A DNA stretch of 61,986 nucleotides, filler included. It is 7 parts of 7 records of this genome, joined end to end, with 100 filler letters (N's around TTAATTAATTAA, not from the genome) between each part and the next. Parts side by side here need not be neighbours in the genome. Positions count along the whole stretch, not along the records: positions 38,934 to 49,696 come from SRR22947725_3510; positions 49,797 to 56,031 come from SRR22947725_3511; 5 more parts are not named here. One strand, given 5' to 3'. The notes beneath the pieces were generated by a model. The model did not search any database and was not told the DNA's origin. It saw only the letters and a list, made by a program, of their open reading frames with translations. Position 1 is the stretch's first letter; each line of letters begins with the position of its first letter. The position numbers and the translations under genes were made by a program. This document shows positions 38,934 to 49,797 of the stretch, piece after piece.

Positions 38934-40331
38934 GTTTATGATTTAGGTGGTGGTACTTTTGATGTATCTATTATCGAAATTTCAAGTGTCGACGGTGAGC
39001 ATCAATTTGAGGTATTGTCTACAAATGGTGATACATTCTTGGGCGGCGAGGATTTTGATAACAGAATCATAGAACATTTAGCAGAGGTTTTTGAAAAAGA
39101 AAACGGCGTTGATTTAACTAAAGATATGCTTGCTAAGCAAAGATTAAAAGAGGCTGCTGAAAAATCAAAAATTGAATTATCAAGCAGCTCACAGACTGAA
39201 GTTAATCTACCATACATTACTGCAGATGCTTCTGGCCCTAAACATTTAGTCGTAAAACTTACTCGCGCAAAATTAGAATTTTTGGTTGCTGATCTAATTG
39301 ATAGAACAGTTGAGCCTTGTCAAACTGCAATGAAAGATGCAGGTGTTACAAATGGTGATATCTCAGATGTAATTCTTGTAGGTGGTCAAACAAGAATGCC
39401 AAAAGTGCAAGACAAAGTTAAAGAGATTTTTGGCGTTGAGGCACGAAAAGATGTGAATCCAGATGAAGCAGTTGCTGTGGGTGCATCTATTCAAGCAGGC
39501 GTGATGCAAGGTGATGTCAAAGATGTATTATTGCTTGATGTTACACCGCTAAGCTTAGGTATTGAGACATTAGGATCAGTTTCAACAAAACTGATCAAGA
39601 AAAATACAACAATCCCAACGAAAGCTTCTCAAGTTTTCTCTACAGCTGAGGATAATCAGAGTGCTGTCACAATTCATGTGCTTCAAGGTGAACGTGAGAT
39701 GGCATCTGGAAACAAGAGCTTAGGCCAATTTAATCTAACAGATATCCCTTCAGCACCGAGGGGAACGCCACAAATTGAGGTGACGTTTGACATTGATGCT
39801 AATGGTATTCTTCACGTAAACGCAAAAGATAAGGCAACCGGTAAAGAAAATAAAATCACAATTAAAGCTAATGGTGGTCTATCTGAAGAAGAAATTAAAA
39901 AAATGGAAGAGGATGCTGAAAAACATGCAGAGGAAGATCAAAAACTTCGTGAATTAGTTGATACAAAAAATTCTGCCGAAGCGATGATTCATTCAGTTCA
40001 AAAGACGATGACCGATCATAAGGATAAGGTCACCGATGAAGAAAAAAATAAAATTGAAGCTGCTATCAAAGAGCTTGAGGAAGCATTAAAAACTGATAAT
40101 AAAGAAGAAATTGAAGCAAAAAATAAGGTTTTAGCAGAAGCTTCACAAAAACTTGGTGAAAAAGTGTATGCTGACCAGCAAGCTCAACAAGGTCAGACAC
40201 CAGGCAATGAACAACAAGCGGAACAGAAAGAAAAAACAGTTGATGCTGAAGTTGTTGATGCTGAGTTTGAAGAAGTAAAAGCTGAAGACAAGAAAGAAGA
40301 TAAAGCTGAAGACAAGAAAGAAGATAAATAA
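38934..40331 (+). CDS. dnaK: Chaperone DnaK (5' truncated)
   Basis: Frame is open from the contig edge: [37 protein letters not shown]. Confidence 0.98.
   Translation, partial: VYDLGGGTFDVSIIEISSVDGEHQFEVLSTNGDTFLGGEDFDNRIIEHLAEVFEKENGVDLTKDMLAKQRLKEAAEKSKIELSSSSQTEVNLPYITADASGPKHLVVKLTRAKLEFLVADLIDRTVEPCQTAMKDAGVTNGDISDVILVGGQTRMPKVQDKVKEIFGVEARKDVNPDEAVAVGASIQAGVMQGDVKDVLLLDVTPLSLGIETLGSVSTKLIKKNTTIPTKASQVFSTAEDNQSAVTIHVLQGEREMASGNKSLGQFNLTDIPSAPRGTPQIEVTFDIDANGILHVNAKDKATGKENKITIKANGGLSEEEIKKMEEDAEKHAEEDQKLRELVDTKNSAEAMIHSVQKTMTDHKDKVTDEEKNKIEAAIKELEEALKTDNKEEIEAKNKVLAEASQKLGEKVYADQQAQQGQTPGNEQQAEQKEKTVDAEVVDAEFEEVKAEDKKEDKAEDKKEDK
40278..40325 (+). repeat. Perfect 24-bp tandem duplication at the dnaK 3' end
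   Basis: AAAGCTGAAGACAAGAAAGAAGAT x2 (KAEDKKED x2). Confidence 0.93.
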
Positions 40332-40345
40332 AACCACTTTTTAGA

Positions 40346-40376
40346 TAGGACAGTACTTTAAAAAAGTATTGTCCTA
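40346..40376 (+). terminator. Stem-loop between dnaK and dnaJ
   Basis: TAGGACAGTACTTT-AAA-AAAGTATTGTCCTA, 14-bp stem with one G-U pair. Confidence 0.65.
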
Positions 40377-40385
40377 CATTTATAT

Positions 40386-41498
40386 ATGGCAAAAAAAGAT
40401 TACTACGAAGTCCTTGGATTAAGTCGTCAAGCATCAGATGATGAAATAAAAAAATCATTCAAGAAACTAGCGATGAAATATCATCCCGATCGAAACCCTG
40501 ATAACCCTAAAGCAGAAGAAAGCTTTAAAGAAGCAAAAGAGGCTTATGAGGTACTCTCTGATTCACAAAAAAGATCTGCTTATGATCAATTTGGGCATGC
40601 GGGTGTAGATCAATCCGTTGGTGGGGGCGGAGCTCAGGGTTTTGGTGACTTTGGTGATGCATTTGGTGATATTTTTGGTGATATTTTTGGTGGTAAGCAA
40701 AGCCAGAGATCAAACGTCTATCGAGGAGCAGATCTTCGGTATAACATGGAAATTACATTAGAAAATGCCGCTAAAGGTACTGAAACCAAAATACGAGTTC
40801 CAGTATTATCAACTTGTAAAACTTGTAGTGGAAGTGGTGCAAAAAAAGGGACAGAGCCTGTCACTTGTCAAACATGTCAGGGTCATGGTCAAGTTAGAAT
40901 GCAACAAGGTTTTTTTTCCGTTCAACAAACCTGTAATGAATGTCAAGGAACGGGAAAAGTCATCAAGGATCCATGTCAAGATTGTCATGGTGCAGGACGG
41001 GTAAAAGAATCAAAGACATTGGCTGTCAAAATACCAGCAGGTGTTGATGAGGGCGATAGAATACGTCTTAGTGGTGAGGGTGAGGCAGGTGTTAACGGAG
41101 GCCCGACGGGAGACTTGTACGTTGTTATTAGCCTTAAGGAGCATTCTATTTTTCAAAGAGATGGTGGTAATCTGCATTGTGAAATGCCAATTAGCTTTTC
41201 AACGGCAGCACTTGGTGGCGAAATTAAAATCCCAACCTTGGATGGCACTGCTAAAATTAAAATTGCACCAGAAACGCAAACAGGCGCGGTATTCCGTTTA
41301 CGTGGAAAAGGTATAAAGCCAGTAAGGCAAAGTCAGCATGGAGATTTACACTGTCATGTTGTTGTAGAAACACCGGTCAAATTAAATGAAAGTCAGAAGA
41401 AGCTTTTAGAGGAGCTTGAAGTAATTAACCAAAAAGATAGCGACAAACATAGCCCAAGATCAAAGACTTGGCTAGATAAAGTTAAAGATTTTTTCTAA
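40386..41498 (+). CDS. dnaJ: Chaperone DnaJ
   Basis: HPD J-domain, G/F region, four CxxCxGxG. Confidence 0.98.
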   Translation: MAKKDYYEVLGLSRQASDDEIKKSFKKLAMKYHPDRNPDNPKAEESFKEAKEAYEVLSDSQKRSAYDQFGHAGVDQSVGGGGAQGFGDFGDAFGDIFGDIFGGKQSQRSNVYRGADLRYNMEITLENAAKGTETKIRVPVLSTCKTCSGSGAKKGTEPVTCQTCQGHGQVRMQQGFFSVQQTCNECQGTGKVIKDPCQDCHGAGRVKESKTLAVKIPAGVDEGDRIRLSGEGEAGVNGGPTGDLYVVISLKEHSIFQRDGGNLHCEMPISFSTAALGGEIKIPTLDGTAKIKIAPETQTGAVFRLRGKGIKPVRQSQHGDLHCHVVVETPVKLNESQKKLLEELEVINQKDSDKHSPRSKTWLDKVKDFF

Positions 41499-41504
41499 GC
41501 GGCT

Positions 41505-41894
41505 TTAAAAGGTACCCTTTTCTATCAGCTCTATTTTGTAACCATTAGGGTCTTCGATAAATGCTAGAACTAATTTTGATCCCATCATAGGACCAGGATC
41601 TCTAATAATATTTGCCCCCTTACCTTTTATTTCTTCACAAAACTGATAAATATCATCAACCTCAATGGCAATATGACCAAATGCATTTCCATGTTCATAT
41701 TCACTTTTGTCCCAGTTATAGGTAAGTTCGATAACAGTCTCTTCAGTCTCTTTGCCATAACCTAAAAAAGCCAAAGAGAATTTACCATCAGGATATTCTT
41801 TTTCTCTTAGAAGATTCATACCCAAAACTTGAGTATAAAATTTAATTGATTCCTCTAAATTATTAACTCGAATCATCGAGTGCAAAATTCTCAT
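41505..41894 (-). CDS. gloA: Lactoylglutathione lyase (glyoxalase I)
   Basis: MRILHSMIRV, IELTYNW, FGHIA, EDPNGYKIE. Confidence 0.95.
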   Translation of the reverse strand: MRILHSMIRVNNLEESIKFYTQVLGMNLLREKEYPDGKFSLAFLGYGKETEETVIELTYNWDKSEYEHGNAFGHIAIEVDDIYQFCEEIKGKGANIIRDPGPMMGSKLVLAFIEDPNGYKIELIEKGTF

Positions 41895-41916
41895 ACTTAA
41901 CCTCTATTTTAAAAAA

Positions 41917-42177
<261 letters not shown>

Positions 42178-42651
42178 TTATCTTTTCAGTGCTTTAATAT
42201 ATGAATTGATCTCTTTTGAGATAAAGTTTGTTACATCCCCATTAAGGGATAATATTTGTCTTACGTTTGTTGACGAGATTTCTCTAACATTATTCGATGA
42301 AATGAGAAATATTGTCTCAATTGAATTGTTTAATGTTTTATTCATTAAGGCAAGCTGAGCCTCATTATCAAAATCAGATGTGCCTCTTAAGCCTCTAAGA
42401 ATAAAATTAGCATCGTTTTCTTTAGCAAAATCAACCGTTAAGCCTTTGTAAGATGAGAATGTAACATTCGGATATTTTTTGGCAATTATTGCAGCCATTT
42501 CTAATCTCTCTGTTAAAGAAAATACAGATGTTTTTGCATTGTCTTCAGATACAGCTATCTTAAGTTTATCAAATGATGATAAAGCTCTTTTTATAATATC
42601 TTCGTGACCCAAAGTAAAAGGATCAAAAGAACCTGGATAAATTACTATCAT
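42178..42651 (-). CDS. coaD: Pantetheine-phosphate adenylyltransferase
   Basis: YPGSFDPFTLGH, RGLR, ISST. Confidence 0.95.
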   Translation of the reverse strand: MIVIYPGSFDPFTLGHEDIIKRALSSFDKLKIAVSEDNAKTSVFSLTERLEMAAIIAKKYPNVTFSSYKGLTVDFAKENDANFILRGLRGTSDFDNEAQLALMNKTLNNSIETIFLISSNNVREISSTNVRQILSLNGDVTNFISKEINSYIKALKR

Positions 42652-42663
42652 AAAAAAATCTAT

Positions 42664-43197
42664 TTAATGTACTAAATGGAAGTATACCTTCCCTGCTCTA
42701 GAGGTTTTTATTATTTCTATAAAATTTTCTGGAAGTCTAATGTTAGTTTCAAAATATATAACACCTTTAGGCTTTAAAAACTTTCTAATAACATCGATGA
42801 GTTGAACAGAATTATCAAGAACGAACGGTGGATCAAAAAAAATGATATCAAAAAGCTCTGCATTATTTTTAATAAAAAAATCAGCATTAATTTTTTTAAT
42901 TATGGCGTTTTCCGCATTAAGATTTTTTTTGTTCTCTAGAAGTTTTTGAAAAGTACTTGGGTTGTTTTCGATAAATGTACATGAGTCAGCATTTCTAGAT
43001 AACGCTTCAAATCCCAGCGCGCCTGTTCCAGCAAACAAATCAAGGCAATTTTTATTGTAAAGATCTTGTCCAAGCCAATTGAATAATGTTTCTCTTACCT
43101 TGCCAAGTGTAGGTCTTAACCCTTTAGCTTCATTAAATGAAATATTCTTTCTTTTCCATTTTCCACCAATAATTTTTACATTGTTATCTTTCATCAA
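42664..43197 (-). CDS. rsmD: 16S rRNA m2G966 methyltransferase
   Basis: LRPT, DLFAGTGALGFEALSR, DPPF. Confidence 0.93.
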   Translation of the reverse strand: MMKDNNVKIIGGKWKRKNISFNEAKGLRPTLGKVRETLFNWLGQDLYNKNCLDLFAGTGALGFEALSRNADSCTFIENNPSTFQKLLENKKNLNAENAIIKKINADFFIKNNAELFDIIFFDPPFVLDNSVQLIDVIRKFLKPKGVIYFETNIRLPENFIEIIKTSRAGKVYFHLVH

Positions 43198-44482
43198 CTC
43201 CTACGATGACCGTCGAGAATTCATTTAAGTCTACTCGCTTTTTGAAAGCTGTTGTGATCTGACTTACAGTGACAGCATTGATTTTATCTGTAAACGTTTT
43301 CAAATAATCTAAGGGATAATTATAAAATGCCATCATTGAAACATAATTCATAATTTTTCTATTACTGCCAAATCTTAGTGCAAAACCTCCAGTAATATTA
43401 TCTTTGGAAGCCTGAAGTTCTTTTTCACTGGGGCCCTCATCAATAAAATTTTGAATTGTATTTTTTACTAGGCTAAGCGCTTCACCAACTTGATCCTTAG
43501 AGGTTTGCAAAGCTACTTCAAAAGGCCCTTTTTTAAAAAGTGGCATAAAATAACTATAAACACTATAAACAAGTCCTTTTTTCTCTCTAATTTCTTCAGT
43601 TAAACGCGACCCAAAACCACTTCCGCCTAAGATATGATTTCCAACATAAAGTGGGAAAAAATCTGGATCATTTCTTTTCATAATGGGTGTACCAAAATAT
43701 AAATGAGCTTGTTTTGCAGGGTGACTTATTCTCACATCTTGTTTTGTAACTTTTTTTACATCTGGGATGCCTTTAATATTTTTGTTTATAGGTAATCCTT
43801 TAGAGAGTTCTTCAGCTATCAATTTTGCTTGTTTATTTGAAACATCACCTACAATCACAATAACCGCTTGATTGGCAATATAGTAATTACTGTAAAAGTT
43901 TTTAAGGTCAGTTGATTTGATTCTATTCAAAGAATCGATAGTGCCAGAACTTGGAAAACCATAGGGATGATTCCCATAAATAGACTTCATAAATTTTTTA
44001 GTAGCAATTGCCTCAGGCATGGTTTCTGCTTGTGAAATGTTTGCTACATATCTTTTGGTTTCTCTTGCCAGAATATTTTGATCAAAATCTGGTTTGTGCA
44101 AGACAAGTTTAAACAAGTCTATAGCTTTTGTTTTTTTATCTGAGAGCGTTCTCAGTGAAAAACTACTTTGATCTCTGTTAAAGTTACTTCCAACTTGAGC
44201 ACCAATGTCAGCAAAGCTGTTCATTAATTCTTGCTCACCAATGCCTGCAGATCCGGAAAACATAAGATGATTTGTCATAGATGCCAAGCCATTCGTCTCT
44301 TCGGTATCCCTTACACTACCTGCAGTAAACATAATGTTTATATCAACAACCGGCAATTTATGACTTTCAACAAAGTAAACTCTTGATCCGTTCTTCGTGG
44401 TCCAATTTTTAATATCTAAAGCAGCATTTGCATATGAAGATAATAGTAAAAAACATAATAAAATTACTCTTTTAATGCACAT
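43184..44482 (-). CDS. M16B peptidase-like non-catalytic subunit
   Basis: Signal peptide, zinc motif degenerate (SMTNH), SRLTEEIREKKGLVY. Confidence 0.87.
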   Translation of the reverse strand: MCIKRVILLCFLLLSSYANAALDIKNWTTKNGSRVYFVESHKLPVVDINIMFTAGSVRDTEETNGLASMTNHLMFSGSAGIGEQELMNSFADIGAQVGSNFNRDQSSFSLRTLSDKKTKAIDLFKLVLHKPDFDQNILARETKRYVANISQAETMPEAIATKKFMKSIYGNHPYGFPSSGTIDSLNRIKSTDLKNFYSNYYIANQAVIVIVGDVSNKQAKLIAEELSKGLPINKNIKGIPDVKKVTKQDVRISHPAKQAHLYFGTPIMKRNDPDFFPLYVGNHILGGSGFGSRLTEEIREKKGLVYSVYSYFMPLFKKGPFEVALQTSKDQVGEALSLVKNTIQNFIDEGPSEKELQASKDNITGGFALRFGSNRKIMNYVSMMAFYNYPLDYLKTFTDKINAVTVSQITTAFKKRVDLNEFSTVIVGVDER

Positions 44483-45833
44483 GTGGCTTTCCTTTTTTTG
44501 GTTTGTTCATGTCTATTGGTTGAGGGTCTATTGTTACAACTGTTAAAGTGTCATCTGTAAAATATTTTTTAGCTACTGCTTGTAAATCCTTTGAAGTCAC
44601 TTCTTTAATGTTACTTATATAATCTTCAAGGATTTCATGTGAGTATCCCATAGTTTCTAATTGTCCGATCTGCATAGCAGCATAAAATACTGAATCTCTT
44701 TGATAAACATCATTTGCAATCACGACGGTCTTTATTCTATTTAACTCATCATCGCTAACACCATCTTTTTTGATTTTATCTATCTCAGATTTGAGTGCAT
44801 TTATCAACTGGTCAGTTGTAACTGATTCACTCGGTGTGGCATATAATTCAAAAGAGCTTTCGTTACCCCTATTTACCATTGAATAACCTGCGCCAACGTC
44901 GACAGCAAGTCGGGAGTCTCTCACAATATTTTGTGTGAGTCTTGCAGAACTTGATTCTGAAAGTATTCCTACTAAAACCTCAAGCGCAAACTGATCTTTA
45001 CCATCAACTGCTTCATTTTTATCTAGAGTTGGAGCTCTGTAGCCCATTTGAACGTAGGATAGCTTGCTAGGAGCTTTGAGAATTGATATTCTTGGTCCGT
45101 TTTGTTCCGGCTCTTGTTGAGGTTTTCTTTCAGGGATAGATATTGGAGGAATTTTCCCAAAATATTTTTCCGCCATTTTGAATACTTCTTCGGCTTTTAC
45201 GTCCCCTGCGACAACTAATATAGCATTATTAGGGCCATACCAATTTTTGTACCATTCTTCAGCATCCTTATAAGTCATGTTTTCCAAATCGTTCATCCAG
45301 CCTACAATTGGTTTTCCATAAGGGTGTGCATGAAACATGATTGAATTAAAAAGTTCATTTGCTTGGGCTTCTGGGTTATCTTCAGTCCGCCACAACCTTT
45401 CCTCCATGACTACTTTGATTTCTTTTAAAAACTCTTCTTCTGAAATCACTAAGTTTTGCATACGGTCCGCTTCCATCTTCATTGAGATAGGGAGTTTGCT
45501 TTTTTCAAGTTGCTGAAAATAACAAGTATAGTCTGCGCCAGTAAACGCATTTTCTCTTCCCCCTGCAGCAGCAATGATTTCAGAAAATTCACCTGGCTTT
45601 GAAGTCTTGGTACCTTTGAACATCATATGTTCTAAAACATGAGCTACTCCAGTCTTCCCATTAACTTCATCCAGGCTACCAGCTCGATACCATACTTGGG
45701 ATACAACTATCGGTGCTCTATTATCTTCCTTCACAAAAATTTTTAATCCATTATCGAGTGCATGTTTATGCACGGTTGAATTGGCTCCCATCGGAATAAA
45801 TAAGAGAAATACTAAGATTTTGAATAACTTCAC
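44472..45833 (-). CDS. M16B zinc peptidase, catalytic subunit
   Basis: HVLEHMMFKGT, ENAFT, VVMEER; GTG 45833 follows an AAGGA SD. Confidence 0.92.
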   Translation of the reverse strand: MKLFKILVFLLFIPMGANSTVHKHALDNGLKIFVKEDNRAPIVVSQVWYRAGSLDEVNGKTGVAHVLEHMMFKGTKTSKPGEFSEIIAAAGGRENAFTGADYTCYFQQLEKSKLPISMKMEADRMQNLVISEEEFLKEIKVVMEERLWRTEDNPEAQANELFNSIMFHAHPYGKPIVGWMNDLENMTYKDAEEWYKNWYGPNNAILVVAGDVKAEEVFKMAEKYFGKIPPISIPERKPQQEPEQNGPRISILKAPSKLSYVQMGYRAPTLDKNEAVDGKDQFALEVLVGILSESSSARLTQNIVRDSRLAVDVGAGYSMVNRGNESSFELYATPSESVTTDQLINALKSEIDKIKKDGVSDDELNRIKTVVIANDVYQRDSVFYAAMQIGQLETMGYSHEILEDYISNIKEVTSKDLQAVAKKYFTDDTLTVVTIDPQPIDMNKPKKGKPHVH

Positions 45834-45927
45834 GTTAAGTTCCTTTAATGTAAACATGGTTGATATATTTAAGTATAATCGACTTATATTAAACGAATAA
45901 GTTCGTATAACTTAAGAAGAATGAAAG

Positions 45928-46941
45928 ATGTTTGATTTTTTAAAAAAAATAATTCAAAGAAAAGATAAGCCATCTCAGAAACCTAAAAAGGTCGTCACAA
46001 AAGAGAAGAAACCGACCCCTCAGAAATCAAGCTTTTTTGGTTTAGGTGAAAAATTAAAAGAAGGACTAACGAAAACAAGGGAAACATTAAGTGCTCAGTT
46101 CACCGATTTATTTACCAGTAAAAAAATTGATGATTCCTTTTATGATGAATTGGAAATGATATTACTAACTGCCGATGTAGGCATTTCTGCAACATCAATG
46201 CTAATTGAAAAAACAAAAGAGACAGTTAAGCAAGAAAAAATCTCGGACCCTCTAGAATTAAAAAAAATTCTTAAAAATCACCTTGTTGATTTACTAAAAA
46301 AAATCGAGCACCCCTTGACAATAACTGATTCTAGGCCTTTTGTAATTATGATTGTTGGTGTTAATGGTGCAGGGAAAACAACAACTATAGGTAAATTAAC
46401 CAAAATATTTCAATCACAAAAAAAACAAGTTTTAATTGCTGCTGGAGATACTTTTAGAGCCGCTGCTGTTGAACAACTTTCAATTTGGGGTGAAAGAAAT
46501 AATACGCAAGTGATAGCTCAACAGAATGGAGACCCAAGTGCTGTTATTTTTGATGCTGTGAATTCAGCAAAATCAAAAAATCTTGATGTCGTACTGGCTG
46601 ATACTGCTGGAAGACTACCTACACAAAAAAATTTAATTGATGAGATAACAAAAATTAAAAGAGTAATAGGAAAATGTCATTCTGAAGCACCTCAAGAGGT
46701 AATGTTGGTAATTGATGCAAATACTGGCCAAAATGCAATAAATCAACTCAAAATATTTAACGATGCTCTAAATGTGACAGGGCTTATTATTACCAAATTA
46801 GATGGTACCGCAAAAGGTGGTATTGTTGCAGCCATTGCGAAAGACCACCCTACCCCTTTAAGATATGTTGGGGTTGGAGAAAAAATTGATGATTTAAGGG
46901 TATTTAATGCCAAAGAATATGTAGAGGCGATGATTAAATGA
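45928..46941 (+). CDS. ftsY: SRP receptor FtsY
   Basis: GVNGAGKTTT, DTFRAAA, DTAGR, TKLDG. Confidence 0.97.
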   Translation: MFDFLKKIIQRKDKPSQKPKKVVTKEKKPTPQKSSFFGLGEKLKEGLTKTRETLSAQFTDLFTSKKIDDSFYDELEMILLTADVGISATSMLIEKTKETVKQEKISDPLELKKILKNHLVDLLKKIEHPLTITDSRPFVIMIVGVNGAGKTTTIGKLTKIFQSQKKQVLIAAGDTFRAAAVEQLSIWGERNNTQVIAQQNGDPSAVIFDAVNSAKSKNLDVVLADTAGRLPTQKNLIDEITKIKRVIGKCHSEAPQEVMLVIDANTGQNAINQLKIFNDALNVTGLIITKLDGTAKGGIVAAIAKDHPTPLRYVGVGEKIDDLRVFNAKEYVEAMIK

Positions 46942-47612
46942 TTAGTTTCAAAAAAGTTTGTAAGAGCTATCCAGGAAGTCCAGAAATTCTTAAAGATATT
47001 GATTTAGAAATCTCTGAAGGTGAACTTGTTTTTGTAACAGGTCCATCAGGCGCCGGGAAATCAACTTTACTAAAGCTCATATCAGCGTTAGAAAAACCAA
47101 GTTCTGGATCCATCATTTTTGAGGGGCAAAGCCTTTCAAAATTTAAAAATAAAGATATACCTATTTTAAGAAGACGTTTTGGAATGATATTTCAAGATCA
47201 CAAGTTACTTTATGATAGAAATTGTTTTGAAAATGTTGCACTTCCTTTGGAAATAAATAATATGTCTAAGGCTGATACATACAGAAGAGTAAGGGCAGCC
47301 CTTGATAAAGTAGATTTACTTCAGAAAGAAAAAATAATGCCTATTACTTTATCAGGAGGGGAGCAACAAAGATTAGCTATAGCAAGAGCAATAGTCTCAA
47401 GACCTTCAATATTAATTGCAGATGAGCCAACTGCAAATTTAGACAAAGAATACGCTGAAGAAATAATGAACATCTTTTATAGCTTTCAGCAAGTTGGGGT
47501 AACTGTAATCATCTCAACTCATGAAATACCTGTAACAAACATTAATTTTAAAAGATTACAGCTTAATGGAGGAGCTATTCAAAATTTAATAGGCCATGTT
47601 CAATTACCTTAA
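46938..47612 (+). CDS. ftsE: Cell division ATP-binding protein FtsE
   Basis: GPSGAGKS, LSGGEQQR; lies between ftsY and ftsX. Confidence 0.95.
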   Translation: MISFKKVCKSYPGSPEILKDIDLEISEGELVFVTGPSGAGKSTLLKLISALEKPSSGSIIFEGQSLSKFKNKDIPILRRRFGMIFQDHKLLYDRNCFENVALPLEINNMSKADTYRRVRAALDKVDLLQKEKIMPITLSGGEQQRLAIARAIVSRPSILIADEPTANLDKEYAEEIMNIFYSFQQVGVTVIISTHEIPVTNINFKRLQLNGGAIQNLIGHVQLP

Positions 47613-48504
47613 TAATCACTACCAAGCTTTTTTAAGTGGATTTTCTCGATTCATAAATAATATCGGTGCATCTTTAATGATGATTATTGTCATTGGCATA
47701 ACTTTATGTTTGCCAAGTGCAGGTCTATTGGTAATTGAGAATGCAAGTCAAATATCAAAAAATATTGAACATGAAGCTGAAATTAGTATTTTCTTAAAGA
47801 AAGATATATCAAAAGATCAAATTGATTTTATTGAGCTTAGCCTCAAGAAGAATAGTTTGGTTAAAAAAATTCACTTTGAGCCAAAATTAATTGCTTGGGC
47901 AAAACTTCAATCTAAACTTGATGTTGAGATAGGTTCAAGTGTTTCAACTAACCCCCTTCCCGATGCATTTTTTATTTCACTTAATACGCTTGATCAAATC
48001 AAAATAGAAAAACTCATCAATAATCTTGATGGAATTGATGGTATTGATGACATTATTATTGATGGGAATTGGATTAAAAAGCTTAGGGTTATTCTATCAC
48101 TTGGAAAATTAAGTGTGATGTTTTTGGCAATACTTTTAGTCATTGTACTTTTAGTAGTCATTGGTAACACTATACGACTACAAACTTTAACGTATAAAGA
48201 TGAAATAGAGGTGAGTAAACTTATTGGTGCAACAAATGCATTTATTCAAAGACCTTTTATGTATACAGGCATGTTGTATGGTCTTGGTGGTGGATTGATT
48301 ACAATTTCTTTATTAAAGTTGTCAGTTTTTGGGTTAAATAAAGCACTATTTAAGTTAGTTTCTGTGTTTGGAACAGATATCACCTTTAAAGGTTTACCCG
48401 ATGAATATTATCTATATATTTTAATATTAGCAATGTTTGTTGGTTTAATCTCATCTTATATCTCTGCTAACAATTCGATACGAAGACTTAAAATTTACAA
48501 ATAA
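47596..48504 (+). CDS. ftsX: Cell division permease FtsX
   Basis: NPLPD, GNTIRL, LIGAT-FIQRPF. Confidence 0.93.
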   Translation: MFNYLNNHYQAFLSGFSRFINNIGASLMMIIVIGITLCLPSAGLLVIENASQISKNIEHEAEISIFLKKDISKDQIDFIELSLKKNSLVKKIHFEPKLIAWAKLQSKLDVEIGSSVSTNPLPDAFFISLNTLDQIKIEKLINNLDGIDGIDDIIIDGNWIKKLRVILSLGKLSVMFLAILLVIVLLVVIGNTIRLQTLTYKDEIEVSKLIGATNAFIQRPFMYTGMLYGLGGGLITISLLKLSVFGLNKALFKLVSVFGTDITFKGLPDEYYLYILILAMFVGLISSYISANNSIRRLKIYK

Positions 48505-48536
48505 AATACTGTTTTCATTGAACTTTATGAAAAAAA

Positions 48537-48563
48537 CTAGCACTCATATATAAAGAGTGCTAA
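48537..48563 (+). promoter_or_regulatory. CIRCE element (HrcA operator) upstream of rpoH
   Basis: CTAGCACTC-ATATATAAA-GAGTGCTAA; 17/18 match to TTAGCACTC-N9-GAGTGCTAA. Confidence 0.93.
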
Positions 48564-48572
48564 AATATAAAT

Positions 48573-49430
48573 ATGACAAATACATTTACATTATCGAAAT
48601 ATAACGTTACTGATAGTTTTGATTTATATCAGAGAGAAATTCGAGCTTTCCCATCATTGACTGCGGAAGAAGAATTTGAACTTGGTAAAAAACTAAAACA
48701 TAACAATGACCTTGAGGCAGCAAAAAAATTAATTTTGTCTCATTTAAAGTTAGTTATCAAGATAGCTAGATCTTATAGTGGGTACGGCCTACCTGTATCT
48801 GATTTAGTTCAAGAGGGCAATGTAGGTTTAATGAAAGCCGTTAAAAAATTTGATGTTGATAAGGGGGTAAGACTTGTCTCTTATGCAATTTTTTGGATTA
48901 AGGCAGAAATTCAAGAATATGTTGTTAAAAATTGGCGTTTAGTTAAAAATGCAACCACTAAAGCTCAAAGGAAACTTTTCTTTAATTTAAGAAGTATGAA
49001 AAAAACACTTAAGCCATTAAGTGTTGATGAAATTCAATCTATTGCAAATGAGCTCAATGTTAAAGAATCAGATGTAAAGGAGATGGAATATAGAATGAGT
49101 GGCCAGGAATTAACCATCGATTACTCTGATGATGATTCTGACGATGATTCATTTAGACCAATTTCATATTTAGAAGACAAAGCGTTAAATCCTCACGATA
49201 CACTCGATGAAAATCAAACTGAAACAAACAACTTAGAATTACTTAAAAATGCGATGGCAACTCTAGATGATCGAAGTGAATCCATAATTAGGGAGCGCTG
49301 GTTAGGCAATGACAAAGCAAAGACATTAAATAATCTAGCAAAGAAATACAATGTTTCAGCAGAACGTATTAGGCAGATTGAGAAAATTGCTTTAGAGAAA
49401 TTAAAGTTGGTTATGAGCGAAGAAAGATAG
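48573..49430 (+). CDS. rpoH: RNA polymerase sigma-32 factor
   Basis: DLVQEGNVGLMKAV, RpoH box QRKLFFNLR, SAERIRQIE; follows ftsYEX. Confidence 0.96.
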   Translation: MTNTFTLSKYNVTDSFDLYQREIRAFPSLTAEEEFELGKKLKHNNDLEAAKKLILSHLKLVIKIARSYSGYGLPVSDLVQEGNVGLMKAVKKFDVDKGVRLVSYAIFWIKAEIQEYVVKNWRLVKNATTKAQRKLFFNLRSMKKTLKPLSVDEIQSIANELNVKESDVKEMEYRMSGQELTIDYSDDDSDDDSFRPISYLEDKALNPHDTLDENQTETNNLELLKNAMATLDDRSESIIRERWLGNDKAKTLNNLAKKYNVSAERIRQIEKIALEKLKLVMSEER

Positions 49431-49472
49431 AATCTATTCTTTCTGATAAAATAGCCATTTATTAGGCTGAAT

Positions 49473-49679
49473 ATGGCTAAAAATCCCACCCCTATTGAAA
49501 TTAAGCTTCAACAAAAAACAAAGCTTTTGTACATTAAGTTTGATGATCAAACAGAATGTAAGCTCTCCTGTGAATTCCTAAGAGTTTATTCTCCCTCTGC
49601 AGAAGTTCAGGGTCACCATCCAAGTCAAGCAATTCTCCAGATAGGTAAAGAAAATGTAAACATCATAAAAATATACTGA
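49473..49679 (+). CDS. DUF971 (GBBH-like N-terminal) protein, apparently C-terminally truncated
   Basis: EFLRVYSPSAEVQGH motif; stops 17 nt before the contig end and lacks the usual VGNYA...DGH C-terminal half. Confidence 0.7.
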   Translation: MAKNPTPIEIKLQQKTKLLYIKFDDQTECKLSCEFLRVYSPSAEVQGHHPSQAILQIGKENVNIIKIY

Positions 49680-49696
49680 TCTAATATCAGATCTCC

Positions 49697-49796
49697 NNNN
49701 NNNNNNNNNNNNNNNNNNNNNNNNNNNNNNNNNNNNNNNNTTAATTAATTAANNNNNNNNNNNNNNNNNNNNNNNNNNNNNNNNNNNNNNNNNNNN
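49697..49796. other. Artificial contig spacer
   Basis: N44-TTAATTAATTAA-N44. Confidence 0.99.
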
Positions 49797-49797
49797 T

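Noticed and set aside
21531..41894. gloA and gloB, and two M16 pairs, in one window as a functional cluster
   Set aside because: They lie on different contigs from different organisms
49677..49679. TGA read-through or selenocysteine in the DUF971 gene
   Set aside because: Sequence after the TGA does not resume the family consensus, and no SECIS can be assessed 17 nt from the contig end
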